Of a stretch of 64,000 bases of DNA, positions 10,805 through 21,546 are shown one piece after another. Within the stretch, counting starts at the first letter, position 1. Every line of letters starts with the position of its first letter. Under the pieces are notes generated by a model. That model saw only the letters and a list, made by a program, of their open reading frames with translations. It was not told the DNA's origin and did no database searches. The DNA comes from Promethearchaeota archaeon (lineage in GTDB: Archaea; Asgardarchaeota; Lokiarchaeia; Sigyniarchaeales; SOKP01). Position numbers and translations under genes: made by a program. Location: the NCBI GenBank assembly GCA_019058445.1, contig JAHPZA010000003.1:292819-356818 (forward strand), given 5' to 3'.

Positions 10805-12724
10805 TTATCTAAACCATCTCTTTGCGGTTATAATTCGGTTGAAAATCCATAAAAATAGATTTCCATCATTTTCAGGCCTCCAAGCTTTCCACGTTTCTGA
10901 AGGAATAAAGCCATGGTCCACCATTAAATCCGGAAAAGGGCCGAGATTTTTCTTATTCCATTTTATATCTGCTGTAATAATGGTTCTCTCGTTTGAATTA
11001 GCATTTTTAGGGATAGTTATTAAGATTGGAATTGCCTTAAAAGTATTAGGTTCAATAATTATTGTTTCACTTGAGGGGGAAGCCTTCCAGCTATCGGGTA
11101 AATTCACGCTATATTCTAACTTGCTTTGCTTGTTGAGATAATTCCGAATAATAAGATTGGTCTTAAATTCATCTCCTGGTTTGGCTACAATTCTGATCGG
11201 TTTGAAGCAAATCCAATTTGGATCAAGCCCCATATTTGGATTATCCTGTGCTACAATATCGTTAATTACAGGTTCGTATTCAGAAACAAATTCTTTAAAT
11301 TTCTTTAATAGGGATTGGTCTACTTTGATAATACCGTAATGACTAATGGCAATATACTCAGGGTTACATTTCAATAAAATATCAGCACATTTCATAAATC
11401 CAACTTGTTCCCCTAATCTACAGAAGTTAAGTCCATTTAAATTCGTATCCCGATCTACAAACGATCTTTGTGTAATTGTATCTCCTGCAAAAAAGATAGA
11501 TTTTCCATCAATCTTTCCGAAAAGACTCATATGATATTCTGTTTGACCGGGGAAGTGGAAAATCTGGAATTCATACTCGTCCCATTTGAAAATTTCCTTA
11601 TCCTTTAAGACTCGATCTACCTTAATTTGCTGGTCTATTAAACATCCAATTCTATAGTGCGTAGGATTTTCCAAAACATCTACCATATTCTCTAAAGCAT
11701 ACACTTTAAGCCCTTGTTTATGCTGCAAAAGCGGGATTCCTGATGTATGATCATCATGGTAATGCGTTGGTAAAATAAAATCAATTGTTTCAATATTATT
11801 CTCTTTTAAAATCTTTTGTAATTCGGGGAGTTCATATCCATGCTCATCATCTCCAGCAAAATCAATTAGCATACAATTTTTATTATTCCCTTTAATTATG
11901 AATGGAGGACAGATATCTCTATGAAAAATATGTGGAAATTCTTGTTTTATATCAACAGTTTTCATTTCCCTTTCAGTTAATTCAGGTACCTCAATATCTA
12001 TCCCCGAAAATCTGGAACAAAATGAAAATCTAGCCCGTTCGAATTTGTTTTTTAAAAGATCGATCTCTTTTTTGGGACTATCAATAATTGCTCCATGCGA
12101 GGGTAATAATACATCAGGGTGGGATTCCATTAGTTTTTTAAAGGATTCAAGTGAGCGCTTTATACCTCCCTCTCCATTATCATTATAGATATATTCTAAA
12201 TCATAATACGTAATCACTTTCGCACCAGAATGAATTAAATCTCCTGTAAATGCAAGAACTTTTCCATTATATTCCAAGATATAGGAAATTGAGCCTGTTG
12301 TATGGCCACTTGTACGAAGGATTTTAAATTGGAAAGGGTTCCAGTTAAAAATGTCACCATTCTTAAAGGTTTTCTCTAAAGGAATATTATAAGTCGAAAC
12401 AAAAAATGTAGGTTTAAAATAGTAAAGATTATAGTAAGGTTGTGTTTTCCAGAATTCCTCAGCAGAAACAAACAATTTTCTTTCATGACGTGGAGCTGCT
12501 ATTTTAATATTGCGCTCTAATGCCTTTATATCACCAAAACATTGATCTCGATGATAATGTGTGTGAAAAATATAATCAATCGTATCAATACCTAATTCCG
12601 GTAAATAGTTTAATATGGCTCCTGAGCCGAAATCTATAAGTATTGCCTTTTTTCCATTTTTGATTACGTAAACATTTATAACGTCCTTAAAAAGATAAAT
12701 ATCTTTAAAAATTTCAGTAGACAT
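10805..12724 (-). CDS. Tandem metallo-beta-lactamase-fold hydrolase
   Basis: Two MBL motifs (HTHYHRDQ and THYHDDH), each followed by GD and SH ligands, plus a beta-rich C-terminal domain. Confidence 0.82.
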   Translation of the reverse strand: MSTEIFKDIYLFKDVINVYVIKNGKKAILIDFGSGAILNYLPELGIDTIDYIFHTHYHRDQCFGDIKALERNIKIAAPRHERKLFVSAEEFWKTQPYYNLYYFKPTFFVSTYNIPLEKTFKNGDIFNWNPFQFKILRTSGHTTGSISYILEYNGKVLAFTGDLIHSGAKVITYYDLEYIYNDNGEGGIKRSLESFKKLMESHPDVLLPSHGAIIDSPKKEIDLLKNKFERARFSFCSRFSGIDIEVPELTEREMKTVDIKQEFPHIFHRDICPPFIIKGNNKNCMLIDFAGDDEHGYELPELQKILKENNIETIDFILPTHYHDDHTSGIPLLQHKQGLKVYALENMVDVLENPTHYRIGCLIDQQIKVDRVLKDKEIFKWDEYEFQIFHFPGQTEYHMSLFGKIDGKSIFFAGDTITQRSFVDRDTNLNGLNFCRLGEQVGFMKCADILLKCNPEYIAISHYGIIKVDQSLLKKFKEFVSEYEPVINDIVAQDNPNMGLDPNWICFKPIRIVAKPGDEFKTNLIIRNYLNKQSKLEYSVNLPDSWKASPSSETIIIEPNTFKAIPILITIPKNANSNERTIITADIKWNKKNLGPFPDLMVDHGFIPSETWKAWRPENDGNLFLWIFNRIITAKRWFR

Positions 12725-12747
12725 TTTTCAAGGAATAAAATATATTA

Positions 12748-13104
12748 TTAAATTTTATCCATTAAATAATCAATAAATTCTGAATCAATGGTACCAAACA
12801 CCCTAATCACATCTTCTGATTTAAATGCTTTAAAATCATCAAAACTAAGGTCTATATCGTCTCCTGTTTCTAAGGACTTGAACATTTTTAGTTTAAAAAA
12901 ATTATAAACTAACTCATATGAATAAACTTCTGTATTTTTTGAGTCTAAAATTAATTGGCTATTATAATTTTCCTCAATTTCCTTTATTAGATCTTTAATT
13001 TTAATATTTTTTAAATTATTCTGCTGTAAAAATTCTGAAATATTGAGAAAACTATTTATTTCTATTTCCTTCGTTATTAATTCTACAATTTCTTTTGATT
13101 CCAT
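12748..13104 (-). CDS. Hypothetical protein
   Basis: 118-aa ORF closely spaced with the two upstream minus-strand genes. Confidence 0.6.
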   Translation of the reverse strand: MESKEIVELITKEIEINSFLNISEFLQQNNLKNIKIKDLIKEIEENYNSQLILDSKNTEVYSYELVYNFFKLKMFKSLETGDDIDLSFDDFKAFKSEDVIRVFGTIDSEFIDYLMDKI

Positions 13105-13115
13105 AATTTTGAATA

Positions 13116-13772
13116 TTATATTTTAGTAATCGTTTTATTTTTAATATCTATCAAAATGTTAGAATATGCCTCTAAAGGAAAAAAACTGCGAAATAGTCTA
13201 ATATCTTCTAATTTTTCTTCATTCAATACTTTTAAATTTCCGCTCTCAATAATCTTCTGATATTGTTCAAATTTGTCCCTTATAATTTCAAAACGTTGAA
13301 TTTTTGAATAGAGCTCCTTAAATTTTTCTTTAAAATGATGAAAATTGGTTAAACTTTCTTTTAATTTATCACATTTATCTTTAAATACATCTCGCTTGAT
13401 TTTTTCATGAAATATATCGCAAAATAAAAGTTTAAATGGTGATATAGAATCATTTTCATTTAATTGCTTAAATAAATCATGTTGTTTATTAAAATTAATT
13501 AATTCATCCGTGTCAATGAATCTTTGAAAAATTCTTTTAATACTTTGATTTAATCTATTAAAATCTTTTAGTTTAATTTTAGATTCTAATATTTCCTTTA
13601 TGGTATTTCTTAAATAATAGAATCCTAATGTAAGTTTTGTTTCTTCAACTTGATTATCAGGATTGATGAGGGTAACTCTAATTTTCCCTAAATTAAATAT
13701 GCGCTCCTTGGCAAGATCTTGAAAGTTTTTAATTTTGTCCTGTAATACATTTAAAGAATATTCTAAACTCAT
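13116..13772 (-). CDS. Hypothetical protein (helical/coiled-coil)
   Basis: 218-aa ORF starting 1 nt after the upstream stop. Confidence 0.65.
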   Translation of the reverse strand: MSLEYSLNVLQDKIKNFQDLAKERIFNLGKIRVTLINPDNQVEETKLTLGFYYLRNTIKEILESKIKLKDFNRLNQSIKRIFQRFIDTDELINFNKQHDLFKQLNENDSISPFKLLFCDIFHEKIKRDVFKDKCDKLKESLTNFHHFKEKFKELYSKIQRFEIIRDKFEQYQKIIESGNLKVLNEEKLEDIRLFRSFFPLEAYSNILIDIKNKTITKI

Positions 13773-13773
13773 A

Positions 13774-14505
13774 TTAATTTGGATTTTGGTTGATTTCAGT
13801 TAATGAATTTTTTTCAAATTTTAATTTTTGAACCATAATATCATAGATTTTTTCTCTTACCTCTTTATTATCGGTAAAATCAATATGATCCATTTTTAGA
13901 AAGAATTCTCCAAATTCTTTTTGGATTTCAGATGTAAATTGGTTCATCCTTTCTATTAATATTGGTGAAGGTACTCTTCCTAAAATAAATAACACCGCTA
14001 AATCACTATCTTGAAAACGAATCATCTTAAATTCCATACCCTCAACACTTAATCCTTTAAGTTGTCGTTCAATGGCCTCCTGACTAAAGCTAGTTATTGC
14101 AGTAAAAAGACCAATAACTAACTCAATACTTTTTTTAAAGATTGAATGATTCCAACCAAATTTTACAAGCCCAGCTGACGCGTTAAAAATTATATAACTC
14201 TTAATACATTCTACGTCAGGATCGCCTTTAAGTAACTCTATTAAATATAACCGAATTAACTCCAGTTCTTGATTAAAATCCGGGAGCTCAAAAAGATCTT
14301 CAAAATCACTTACTTTTTTTTCTAAATTTGACTCAATGATTAATTCAATCGTTGATTTAATATCCATTAAATAATCTTCATTTTGCAGATTGCTTTTTAA
14401 TATATCTTCAGTGCCCTCAGAACGATTTTCAAATTTCTCTAATAAATAAACCTTCCTTAACTTATCAAATGCATCAACAATTCCAGGAGTTATAGCATTT
14501 ATCAA
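13774..14505 (-). CDS. Hypothetical protein with C-terminal longin/roadblock-like domain
   Basis: YIIFNASAGLVKF...LVIGLFTAITSFSQE...LAVLFIL pattern resembles Asgard longin-like domains. Confidence 0.55.
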   Translation of the reverse strand: MINAITPGIVDAFDKLRKVYLLEKFENRSEGTEDILKSNLQNEDYLMDIKSTIELIIESNLEKKVSDFEDLFELPDFNQELELIRLYLIELLKGDPDVECIKSYIIFNASAGLVKFGWNHSIFKKSIELVIGLFTAITSFSQEAIERQLKGLSVEGMEFKMIRFQDSDLAVLFILGRVPSPILIERMNQFTSEIQKEFGEFFLKMDHIDFTDNKEVREKIYDIMVQKLKFEKNSLTEINQNPN

Positions 14506-14734
14506 TTTAATCTCAATGACTCAAAAAATTTAGTTTTGTTATTATTTCACTATATTTATATAAATTCTGTTATTTTAATTATTTCTTATTAAAACAATTA
14601 TTCTTGTTGTTAATGGTTAACATAAAATAATAAAAATAAAATTTTAAATAGAATTGGTTAGACTAGATATTTGCTATTTTTGTCAGGAAAATTGGAGATT
14701 ATAATAATTTATTTCAGTATTAGAGGAGTTTTTT

Positions 14735-16612
14735 ATGGAAATTAATTTAGAAAACCTTGATGATCAATTAAGATGTTTTTATGAATTCTCTTTAGATTTC
14801 CTCTTTATTTTGGATTTAAATGAGAAAATTCTTGATATGAATTCTATTGCTTTAGAAAATCTGGAATATACGAGAGAGGAGATTTTCAATAGAACCTTGA
14901 ATGAATTTATTTTAAATGAAGATGTTAAGATATTTGAAGAATATATTATCAAAATCAAGAAAAAAGAAAAACCTATAGAAAAGATCACCATAAGATTAAA
15001 AAAAAAATATGGTACTTATTTAGATTTGGAATTAAATGGAGTACCAATTCAGACAAAAGATAATAAGTATATAATATTAGTGATAGCTCATGATATCACA
15101 GAATACAAAGAAGCTAAACAAAAACTAATAGAATCGGAAGAAGAATATAGACTAATTACAGAAAATGCCAACGATCTTATTGCCATTGTAAATCAAAAAT
15201 ATGAACATGAATTTATTAATGAACAAACTTACATGAATATTTTAGGGTATTCTAATAAAGATATGCTAGGAAAAACCAGATTAGACATAGTACATCCTGA
15301 TGATTTGGAAAAAGGAATGAATGCTTATAAAACTGGCTTTCTAAATGGCGTAGGAACAGTTGAGCTAAGACTCCGACACAAACAAGGACATTATATCTGT
15401 TTTGAATTTAAAGGTAAGACATATCGGAATTTAAAAGGTGATTTGAAAGGCTTATTAATTGGCAGAGAAATTACACAACGGAAAAAAACAGAGCTAAAAT
15501 TAAAAGAATCGGAAGAAAAATATCGGAATATTACGGAACAATCTTTAATGGGTATTGGCATAATCCAAGATAATAAAATTAGGTTCATCAATAAGACTTG
15601 TGCTGATATATTCGGATATACTATTGAAGAAATGATGCAATGGGAATTAAAAGATGTTATTAATGCTATGCATCCTGAAGATAGAAATTTTCTGATACCA
15701 CAATTAACCAAAAAACAGAGAGGAGAGAAAGGATTTGAAATTTCTTATCAATATCGTGGTATTAAAAAATCGGGTGAATTAATATGGATTGAGAATTATT
15801 CTAATTCAATTCAATTTAGAGGTAAACCTGCAGATCTTATAACTGTGATAGATATTACGGAGCAAAAAATAGCAGAACAAAGGTTAAGAGAATCTGAAGA
15901 AAACTATCGAAAAGCATATGAACGAGAAAATTTTTATAAAGATTTGTTTGCTCATGATATGAGCAATATTCTTCAAGGAATGCTTATATCTCTAGAAATT
16001 TATGGATTAGAATTTAGTTCTCCTAAAGAATCTTATATTTCTAAGGAAATTTTAAATATATATGAAGATCAAGTAAAAAGAGCCATTAGTTTAGTGAATA
16101 ATGTAATAAAATTTTCTGAACTTGATCAAGCTCAGATAATATTAAAAAAAATAGACTTTAGAAAAACAATTAAAGAAGCTTATAATCTCATTTTAAATCA
16201 AGTAGCAGATAAGAAAATCAATCTACAATTAAACTTCTCGTCTGATATCTTTTTTATAAAAGCTGATAATTTTTTATTGGATGTATTTGAAAATCTACTC
16301 TATAATTCTGTTAAACATAATGAGAATCAAGAAATTGAGATTCTCATTAAATCATCTACCATCCAAAAAGAAAAAAATCGATTTTTGAAATTAGAAATAA
16401 TTGATAATGGAGTAGGTATCCCTGACGAGAGAAAAGAAAGTATATTTATGAGAGTAAATAAGGAAGATAAAAGTGTTAGTGGAATAGGACTTGGTCTTTC
16501 TCTTGTAAAAAAAATCCTTGAGAATTATAATGCAGAAATATATGTTGAAAATAGAATCAGTGAAGACTATACTAAAGGCAGTAATTTTATTTTAGTATTT
16601 TCGGACGTATGA
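14735..16612 (+). CDS. Multi-PAS histidine kinase (3 PAS)
   Basis: PAS repeats (HPDD/HPED, DITE), H-box FAHDMSN, N-box, DNGVGI and GLGL. Confidence 0.92.
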   Translation: MEINLENLDDQLRCFYEFSLDFLFILDLNEKILDMNSIALENLEYTREEIFNRTLNEFILNEDVKIFEEYIIKIKKKEKPIEKITIRLKKKYGTYLDLELNGVPIQTKDNKYIILVIAHDITEYKEAKQKLIESEEEYRLITENANDLIAIVNQKYEHEFINEQTYMNILGYSNKDMLGKTRLDIVHPDDLEKGMNAYKTGFLNGVGTVELRLRHKQGHYICFEFKGKTYRNLKGDLKGLLIGREITQRKKTELKLKESEEKYRNITEQSLMGIGIIQDNKIRFINKTCADIFGYTIEEMMQWELKDVINAMHPEDRNFLIPQLTKKQRGEKGFEISYQYRGIKKSGELIWIENYSNSIQFRGKPADLITVIDITEQKIAEQRLRESEENYRKAYERENFYKDLFAHDMSNILQGMLISLEIYGLEFSSPKESYISKEILNIYEDQVKRAISLVNNVIKFSELDQAQIILKKIDFRKTIKEAYNLILNQVADKKINLQLNFSSDIFFIKADNFLLDVFENLLYNSVKHNENQEIEILIKSSTIQKEKNRFLKLEIIDNGVGIPDERKESIFMRVNKEDKSVSGIGLGLSLVKKILENYNAEIYVENRISEDYTKGSNFILVFSDV

Positions 16613-17064
16613 AAGGATTTGAATAGGCAAAAAAAAAAATTATTAATTGTTTATAATTTCATTTCAAATGCATCTATAATTTCAGGATTTAAAGTATTTA
16701 TCAAACTAATCGTGATTATTCTTAAAATTATTATTTATTCCTTTTCTATTATATTTATATCAGTTCTTTTATTTTAATTAATTCTTTCCAAAATCTCTAT
16801 TCTAATAATAGTTGTTAATAAAATGTTTCGAAATGAGATATAATAAATATTCTTTTAAGCTTCAATATCTTTAATAAATAAATTTAAAATTCTATGTCTT
16901 TCCCTTAAGATTTAATAAAATTTACCATAAAAGAAAAATTTTTAATAAAAGTAATTTTATTTGAAAGTTATAAACGATTTATCCAAATAAATTAAATCAA
17001 CAATTATCAATTAAATTGTGAGTAGTTAATATGCTTATAATTAGGTGATTTAGAAATATCAGAA

Positions 17065-18252
17065 GTGATGATTTGGAATCCTATTGAACGATTCTTATGG
17101 GGGTTAGCGACAGCAATTCTAATATTATGTGGCCTACTATATTTTAAAAGAAGTTTGGAACGGGATGATAATAAAGAAAGGAATTATCTAATAGGTTTTG
17201 GAATAGTCTTCATTTCTATGGCTATAACTAGATGTATTTTTATTCTTGCTGATTTGCAAATTCAAGGACATTTTATAGATAATGCATTTTATGGGGATAT
17301 TTATGCATCAAATAATTCAAATTACTGGATAATGATTAAAACAGGAAATATTATTTGGAATATATGTGTATTAATTTTTTTATTCACTTTACCATTAAAC
17401 TCCAAACGTATCAAATATACTCTTTTGACAATACAATTTGTTTTTTTGCTATTAATTATTTTTACTCCAGATCAAATATCTCATGAAATTGATAGTATTG
17501 AGGTTATCTTTTTTTTCTTAGTTTTTTATATAAATTTAATTTCTTTAACTAAAAAATCAAGACTTGAATTAAAGGGTATCTCATCAATATTATTATTTGG
17601 AATGAATATCCATCTTATTGGTGTTATATTTTATTCTCCAGAAATAAAAAGTCTTAATACAGCACCCTTAATATTAGCCCCATTACTTACCTTAATTGGT
17701 AGTCTAATTTCTATAATTCCTATGATAATAAAACAAATCTATTATACAAACGCTTTAAAATTTTGGTTAGTTCTTGGAATCACTACTATTGTAATATCAA
17801 GTTTTATGGCATTTTATTTTATATATCTAGGGCTTATAGTCTTTTTTATTTTAGCAATAATATCAATTTTAATTTTAATCTATATATTTTACCAGGCAAT
17901 AATTAATATTGAATTTGAAGCTAAATCAGATATAGAAGTAGAACATGAAGATATGTTGGGTATATTTACCAGACCTGATAAAATTAATGAAGAGGATATA
18001 TCACTTTCTATAGAAAAAAAAATTTGTTTAGTTTGTAAAGGAAAAGTATCAAGATTTAATAGTTATATATGTGAATGCTATGTTTTATATTGTGAAAAAT
18101 GTGCTCAGGCATTATCGAACTTAGAAAATGCATGCTGGGTCTGCAATGCTCCCTTTGACGAGTCAAAACCAGTGAAAGAATATAAAAACATAGAAGAAAA
18201 AACAGATGCTGGATTTTTGGATATGATTAAAAAAAATTCAAAAGTTAATTAA
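17065..18252 (+). CDS. Multi-pass membrane protein with C-terminal Cys8 RING-like finger
   Basis: Many TM segments, then CLVC-x11-CEC-x4-CEKC-x10-CWVC. Confidence 0.75.
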   Translation: MMIWNPIERFLWGLATAILILCGLLYFKRSLERDDNKERNYLIGFGIVFISMAITRCIFILADLQIQGHFIDNAFYGDIYASNNSNYWIMIKTGNIIWNICVLIFLFTLPLNSKRIKYTLLTIQFVFLLLIIFTPDQISHEIDSIEVIFFFLVFYINLISLTKKSRLELKGISSILLFGMNIHLIGVIFYSPEIKSLNTAPLILAPLLTLIGSLISIIPMIIKQIYYTNALKFWLVLGITTIVISSFMAFYFIYLGLIVFFILAIISILILIYIFYQAIINIEFEAKSDIEVEHEDMLGIFTRPDKINEEDISLSIEKKICLVCKGKVSRFNSYICECYVLYCEKCAQALSNLENACWVCNAPFDESKPVKEYKNIEEKTDAGFLDMIKKNSKVN

Positions 18253-18348
18253 GAATTTTCTAAAAACTAATTATAATAAATCGATTGATAAATTAGGTTT
18301 GAATTTAATTAAAAAAAGATAAAAAAAAATTGATCTAATTAATAGTTT

Positions 18349-19743
18349 TTATAATTTCATTTCAATTAATTTTGCCTTGTTTTGTTTAACCTTATCTGGT
18401 GTTATGTCATAGAATTTCCAAAAGATTAAGACTCCAATACCTATATATATGGCTGGTAAAAGTCCAAAGTGTAATTGAATTCCAAATAAGGCACTCTCAG
18501 GTTGTGTAGCAGCGCCCTCCACGAACCCTGTAAGCGTATGTACGAGAGCTAGTGTTACTGCTTGAATTACTCTTGCTAAATTGAGGAAAAATTGACGAAA
18601 TCCTCCATATGTAGATTCTCTTCGCTTTTCGGACATAACTACGGATTCATCAATCACATCGCTAAAAACTGGTGTTATCATAACCCAAAAACCTCCAAAT
18701 GCAAGACCGTACAAGAAGAGCACTATCAAATCACCGGTTAAATTCGTCATAAAGGTTAAAGGAGCTGCAGTTATTGCCATAAGAGTAGCACTGTAGATCC
18801 AGGTTTTTCGATTATCTTGAGTCTTATTTGTCCATCTGATCCATAATGGAAGTGAGATTAATCCTCCAAAAAAAAATGCTAATATAAGAAAAGTTACAAC
18901 CTCCGGGTCTACGTTTAAGATAAATCTAGTATGGTAATATACTGAAGCCAGCATTAACTGAACCATTGCCTGATATAAAATATATAATAATAGATATGCC
19001 AGATAATTTTTATGTGATAAAACAAATTTTACTGATTTAAAAAAGGATTCTCTCTCCTGTTTCTCATAACTAACCAGAAAATGTTCTACTGTTTCTTTAT
19101 CATCAGTTATACCGGCATACATAAGAAACCAGACACCAACACTAATTCCTACGCATACCCACGCCATTATTGCATAAGAGCTAATATTTCCAAAATCTAT
19201 AATCATTGGGGGGACTACAAATGACAAAATTACTCCAATAAAACCAAAATATACTTCAAAAGTAGATAGTATCCTACGCTCTCCCTGGTCTCTGTATTTG
19301 TCTGGGCCAAGAGCCCAATAATTCACCGTAAAAAAAGATTCGACGGTATCAAATAAACATGTAGAAAAAACAAGCCAACCAAATAAACCCAATTGAGAAT
19401 TTTGAACAAAATTTGGCGGAGAAAACACAAGTAGAAAACAGAATATCATTGGAATGAAGAAAACAGCGATAAATGGAAATCTGCGTCCCCATTTTTTAGT
19501 CCATCTGAAAGGACGATCGGTCAAATATCCGACTACGGGATCATTAAATGCATCGTAAACAGCATAAATAGCTACCCCGAGTCCAGCCAATAATGAGTTT
19601 AATCCAAGTTCTGCTTCATAGAAGAAAAAAATCAGAATACTAAGCACACCCTGAATTAATTCAATTGCTATGCTTGCCGTATTAAACGAAGCCATATTTT
19701 TTTTAGAATGTAATATTATTGGTGCTTCTTTTCTTTCACTCAT
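18349..19743 (-). CDS. GPH/MelB-family MFS transporter
   Basis: Family motifs. Close paralog of 19958-21352. Confidence 0.92.
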   Translation of the reverse strand: MSERKEAPIILHSKKNMASFNTASIAIELIQGVLSILIFFFYEAELGLNSLLAGLGVAIYAVYDAFNDPVVGYLTDRPFRWTKKWGRRFPFIAVFFIPMIFCFLLVFSPPNFVQNSQLGLFGWLVFSTCLFDTVESFFTVNYWALGPDKYRDQGERRILSTFEVYFGFIGVILSFVVPPMIIDFGNISSYAIMAWVCVGISVGVWFLMYAGITDDKETVEHFLVSYEKQERESFFKSVKFVLSHKNYLAYLLLYILYQAMVQLMLASVYYHTRFILNVDPEVVTFLILAFFFGGLISLPLWIRWTNKTQDNRKTWIYSATLMAITAAPLTFMTNLTGDLIVLFLYGLAFGGFWVMITPVFSDVIDESVVMSEKRRESTYGGFRQFFLNLARVIQAVTLALVHTLTGFVEGAATQPESALFGIQLHFGLLPAIYIGIGVLIFWKFYDITPDKVKQNKAKLIEMKL

Positions 19744-19957
19744 TTTCTAATACCTCTTATAGGTTTTTCCTATTTTTTTCATTAAATTTGTTATTTTCTA
19801 GTTTATTTTTCAGATAAATAAATATTTATAACTAACTCCTTTTTTTCAGAAAATCTTGTATAGTTAAACTTGTATAACATTGCAAAATTTAAGGTTTTAT
19901 TAAATGAAATGATTCGAAATGAAAAAAGGAAAAAAAAGAGGAATTAATTAATTTCTT

Positions 19958-21352
19958 TTATAATTTTTTCTCGATTAATTTTGCCTTGTTTTCTTGTACT
20001 TTGCTTGGCGTTAAATCATAGAATTTCCAAAATATTAATACCCCAATGGCAAGGTAAATTGCAGGAATAAGACCAAAATGTAATTGGATGCCAAATACTG
20101 CCAAAGGAGACTGTTTGCTGGCACCTTCCACAAAACCTGTAAGTTCATGTACAAAGGCCAAGGTTAGTGCTTGTATCACTCTCGCTAAATTGACGAAGAA
20201 TTGGCGAAGACCCCCATAGGTGGATTCTTTTCTTCGTTCAGAATTCACTACTGACTCATCAATAACATCACTATATGTGGGCGTAATCATTATCCAAAAA
20301 CCTCCGAATGCCAGCCCCCATAGAAAAAGAATAACCAAATCAGCAATTAAACTTGCCATAAAGGTTAAAGGTGCGGCAAATATCACCATAAAAGTAGCAG
20401 AAAGTAACCAAGTTTTTCTATTATCTTGTGTTTTTTCAGTATACTTTTTCCAGAATGGAATTGAGATTAATGAACCAAGAAATAATGTCAAAATTAGAAG
20501 TGTTACTACTTCTTCTTGTTCCTTTATGACAAATCTGGTATGATAAAACACAGAGGCTTGCATTAACTGTATCATCGCCTGATATAAAATATATAAAATT
20601 AGAAATGCTATGTAGTTCTTATGGGTGACAACTGATTTTAAAGACTTAAAAAAGGGTTCCCTTTCTTGGTTTTCAGCATTTGCCAAGTAATTATCAACTG
20701 TTTCTTGGTCATCTCTTATGCCAGGTAGCATAACAAACCAAACTATAGAACTAATTGCAACGCAAATCCAAGCCATTAGGGCGTAAGAACTGATATCTCC
20801 AAAATTAATTATCATGGGAGGAATAACAAAGGATAATATTACACCAATGAATCCTAAGTAAACTGTAAAAGATGACGCAGTCCTACGCTCTTCTTGGTCT
20901 CTAAATTTATCTGGTGCTATACTCCAGTAATTCACAGTGAAAAAAGACTCAACTGTATCAAAAAGACATGTTGAAAACACTAGCCAACCAAAAATACCCA
21001 TTTGGGACCCTTGAATTGCTGTTGGGGGAGAAAAAACTAGTAAAAAGCAGAGAAGCATTGGTATAAAAAATATAGCAACGAATGGAAATCTTCTTCCCCA
21101 TTTTTTTGTCCACCTAAATGGACGGTCAGTTAACCATCCTATGAGAGGATCATTAAACGCATCATACACGGCATAAATTAAAATACCCATACCAGCGAGA
21201 AATGAACTCAATCCAAGTTCGGTTTCATAAAAGAAAAAAATCAATATACTTAGAACTCCTTGAATCAATTCTATAGCTATACTTGCTGAAGTCATGGAAG
21301 CCATAATCTTCTTAGAATGTTTTATTGCTGGTACTCCCTTAATTTCACTCAC
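19958..21352 (-). CDS. GPH/MelB-family MFS transporter
   Basis: Family motifs. GTG start preceded by GAGGT. Confidence 0.92.
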   Translation of the reverse strand: MSEIKGVPAIKHSKKIMASMTSASIAIELIQGVLSILIFFFYETELGLSSFLAGMGILIYAVYDAFNDPLIGWLTDRPFRWTKKWGRRFPFVAIFFIPMLLCFLLVFSPPTAIQGSQMGIFGWLVFSTCLFDTVESFFTVNYWSIAPDKFRDQEERRTASSFTVYLGFIGVILSFVIPPMIINFGDISSYALMAWICVAISSIVWFVMLPGIRDDQETVDNYLANAENQEREPFFKSLKSVVTHKNYIAFLILYILYQAMIQLMQASVFYHTRFVIKEQEEVVTLLILTLFLGSLISIPFWKKYTEKTQDNRKTWLLSATFMVIFAAPLTFMASLIADLVILFLWGLAFGGFWIMITPTYSDVIDESVVNSERRKESTYGGLRQFFVNLARVIQALTLAFVHELTGFVEGASKQSPLAVFGIQLHFGLIPAIYLAIGVLIFWKFYDLTPSKVQENKAKLIEKKL

Positions 21353-21546
21353 TCTTGAATACCTCTAAATAACTTTTTGTTTTTTTTATAAATTTATTAT
21401 TTTATATCTTGCTTTGTAGATAAATAAATATTTTGAACTTAGAGCTATTTTTAAGAAATTGTATAAAATTTAGCTTTTCTAATTTTTTAGAATTTCATTT
21501 TTGGATATATGAAATTTTTAATATTTACGCTATATTTTCAATTCAC

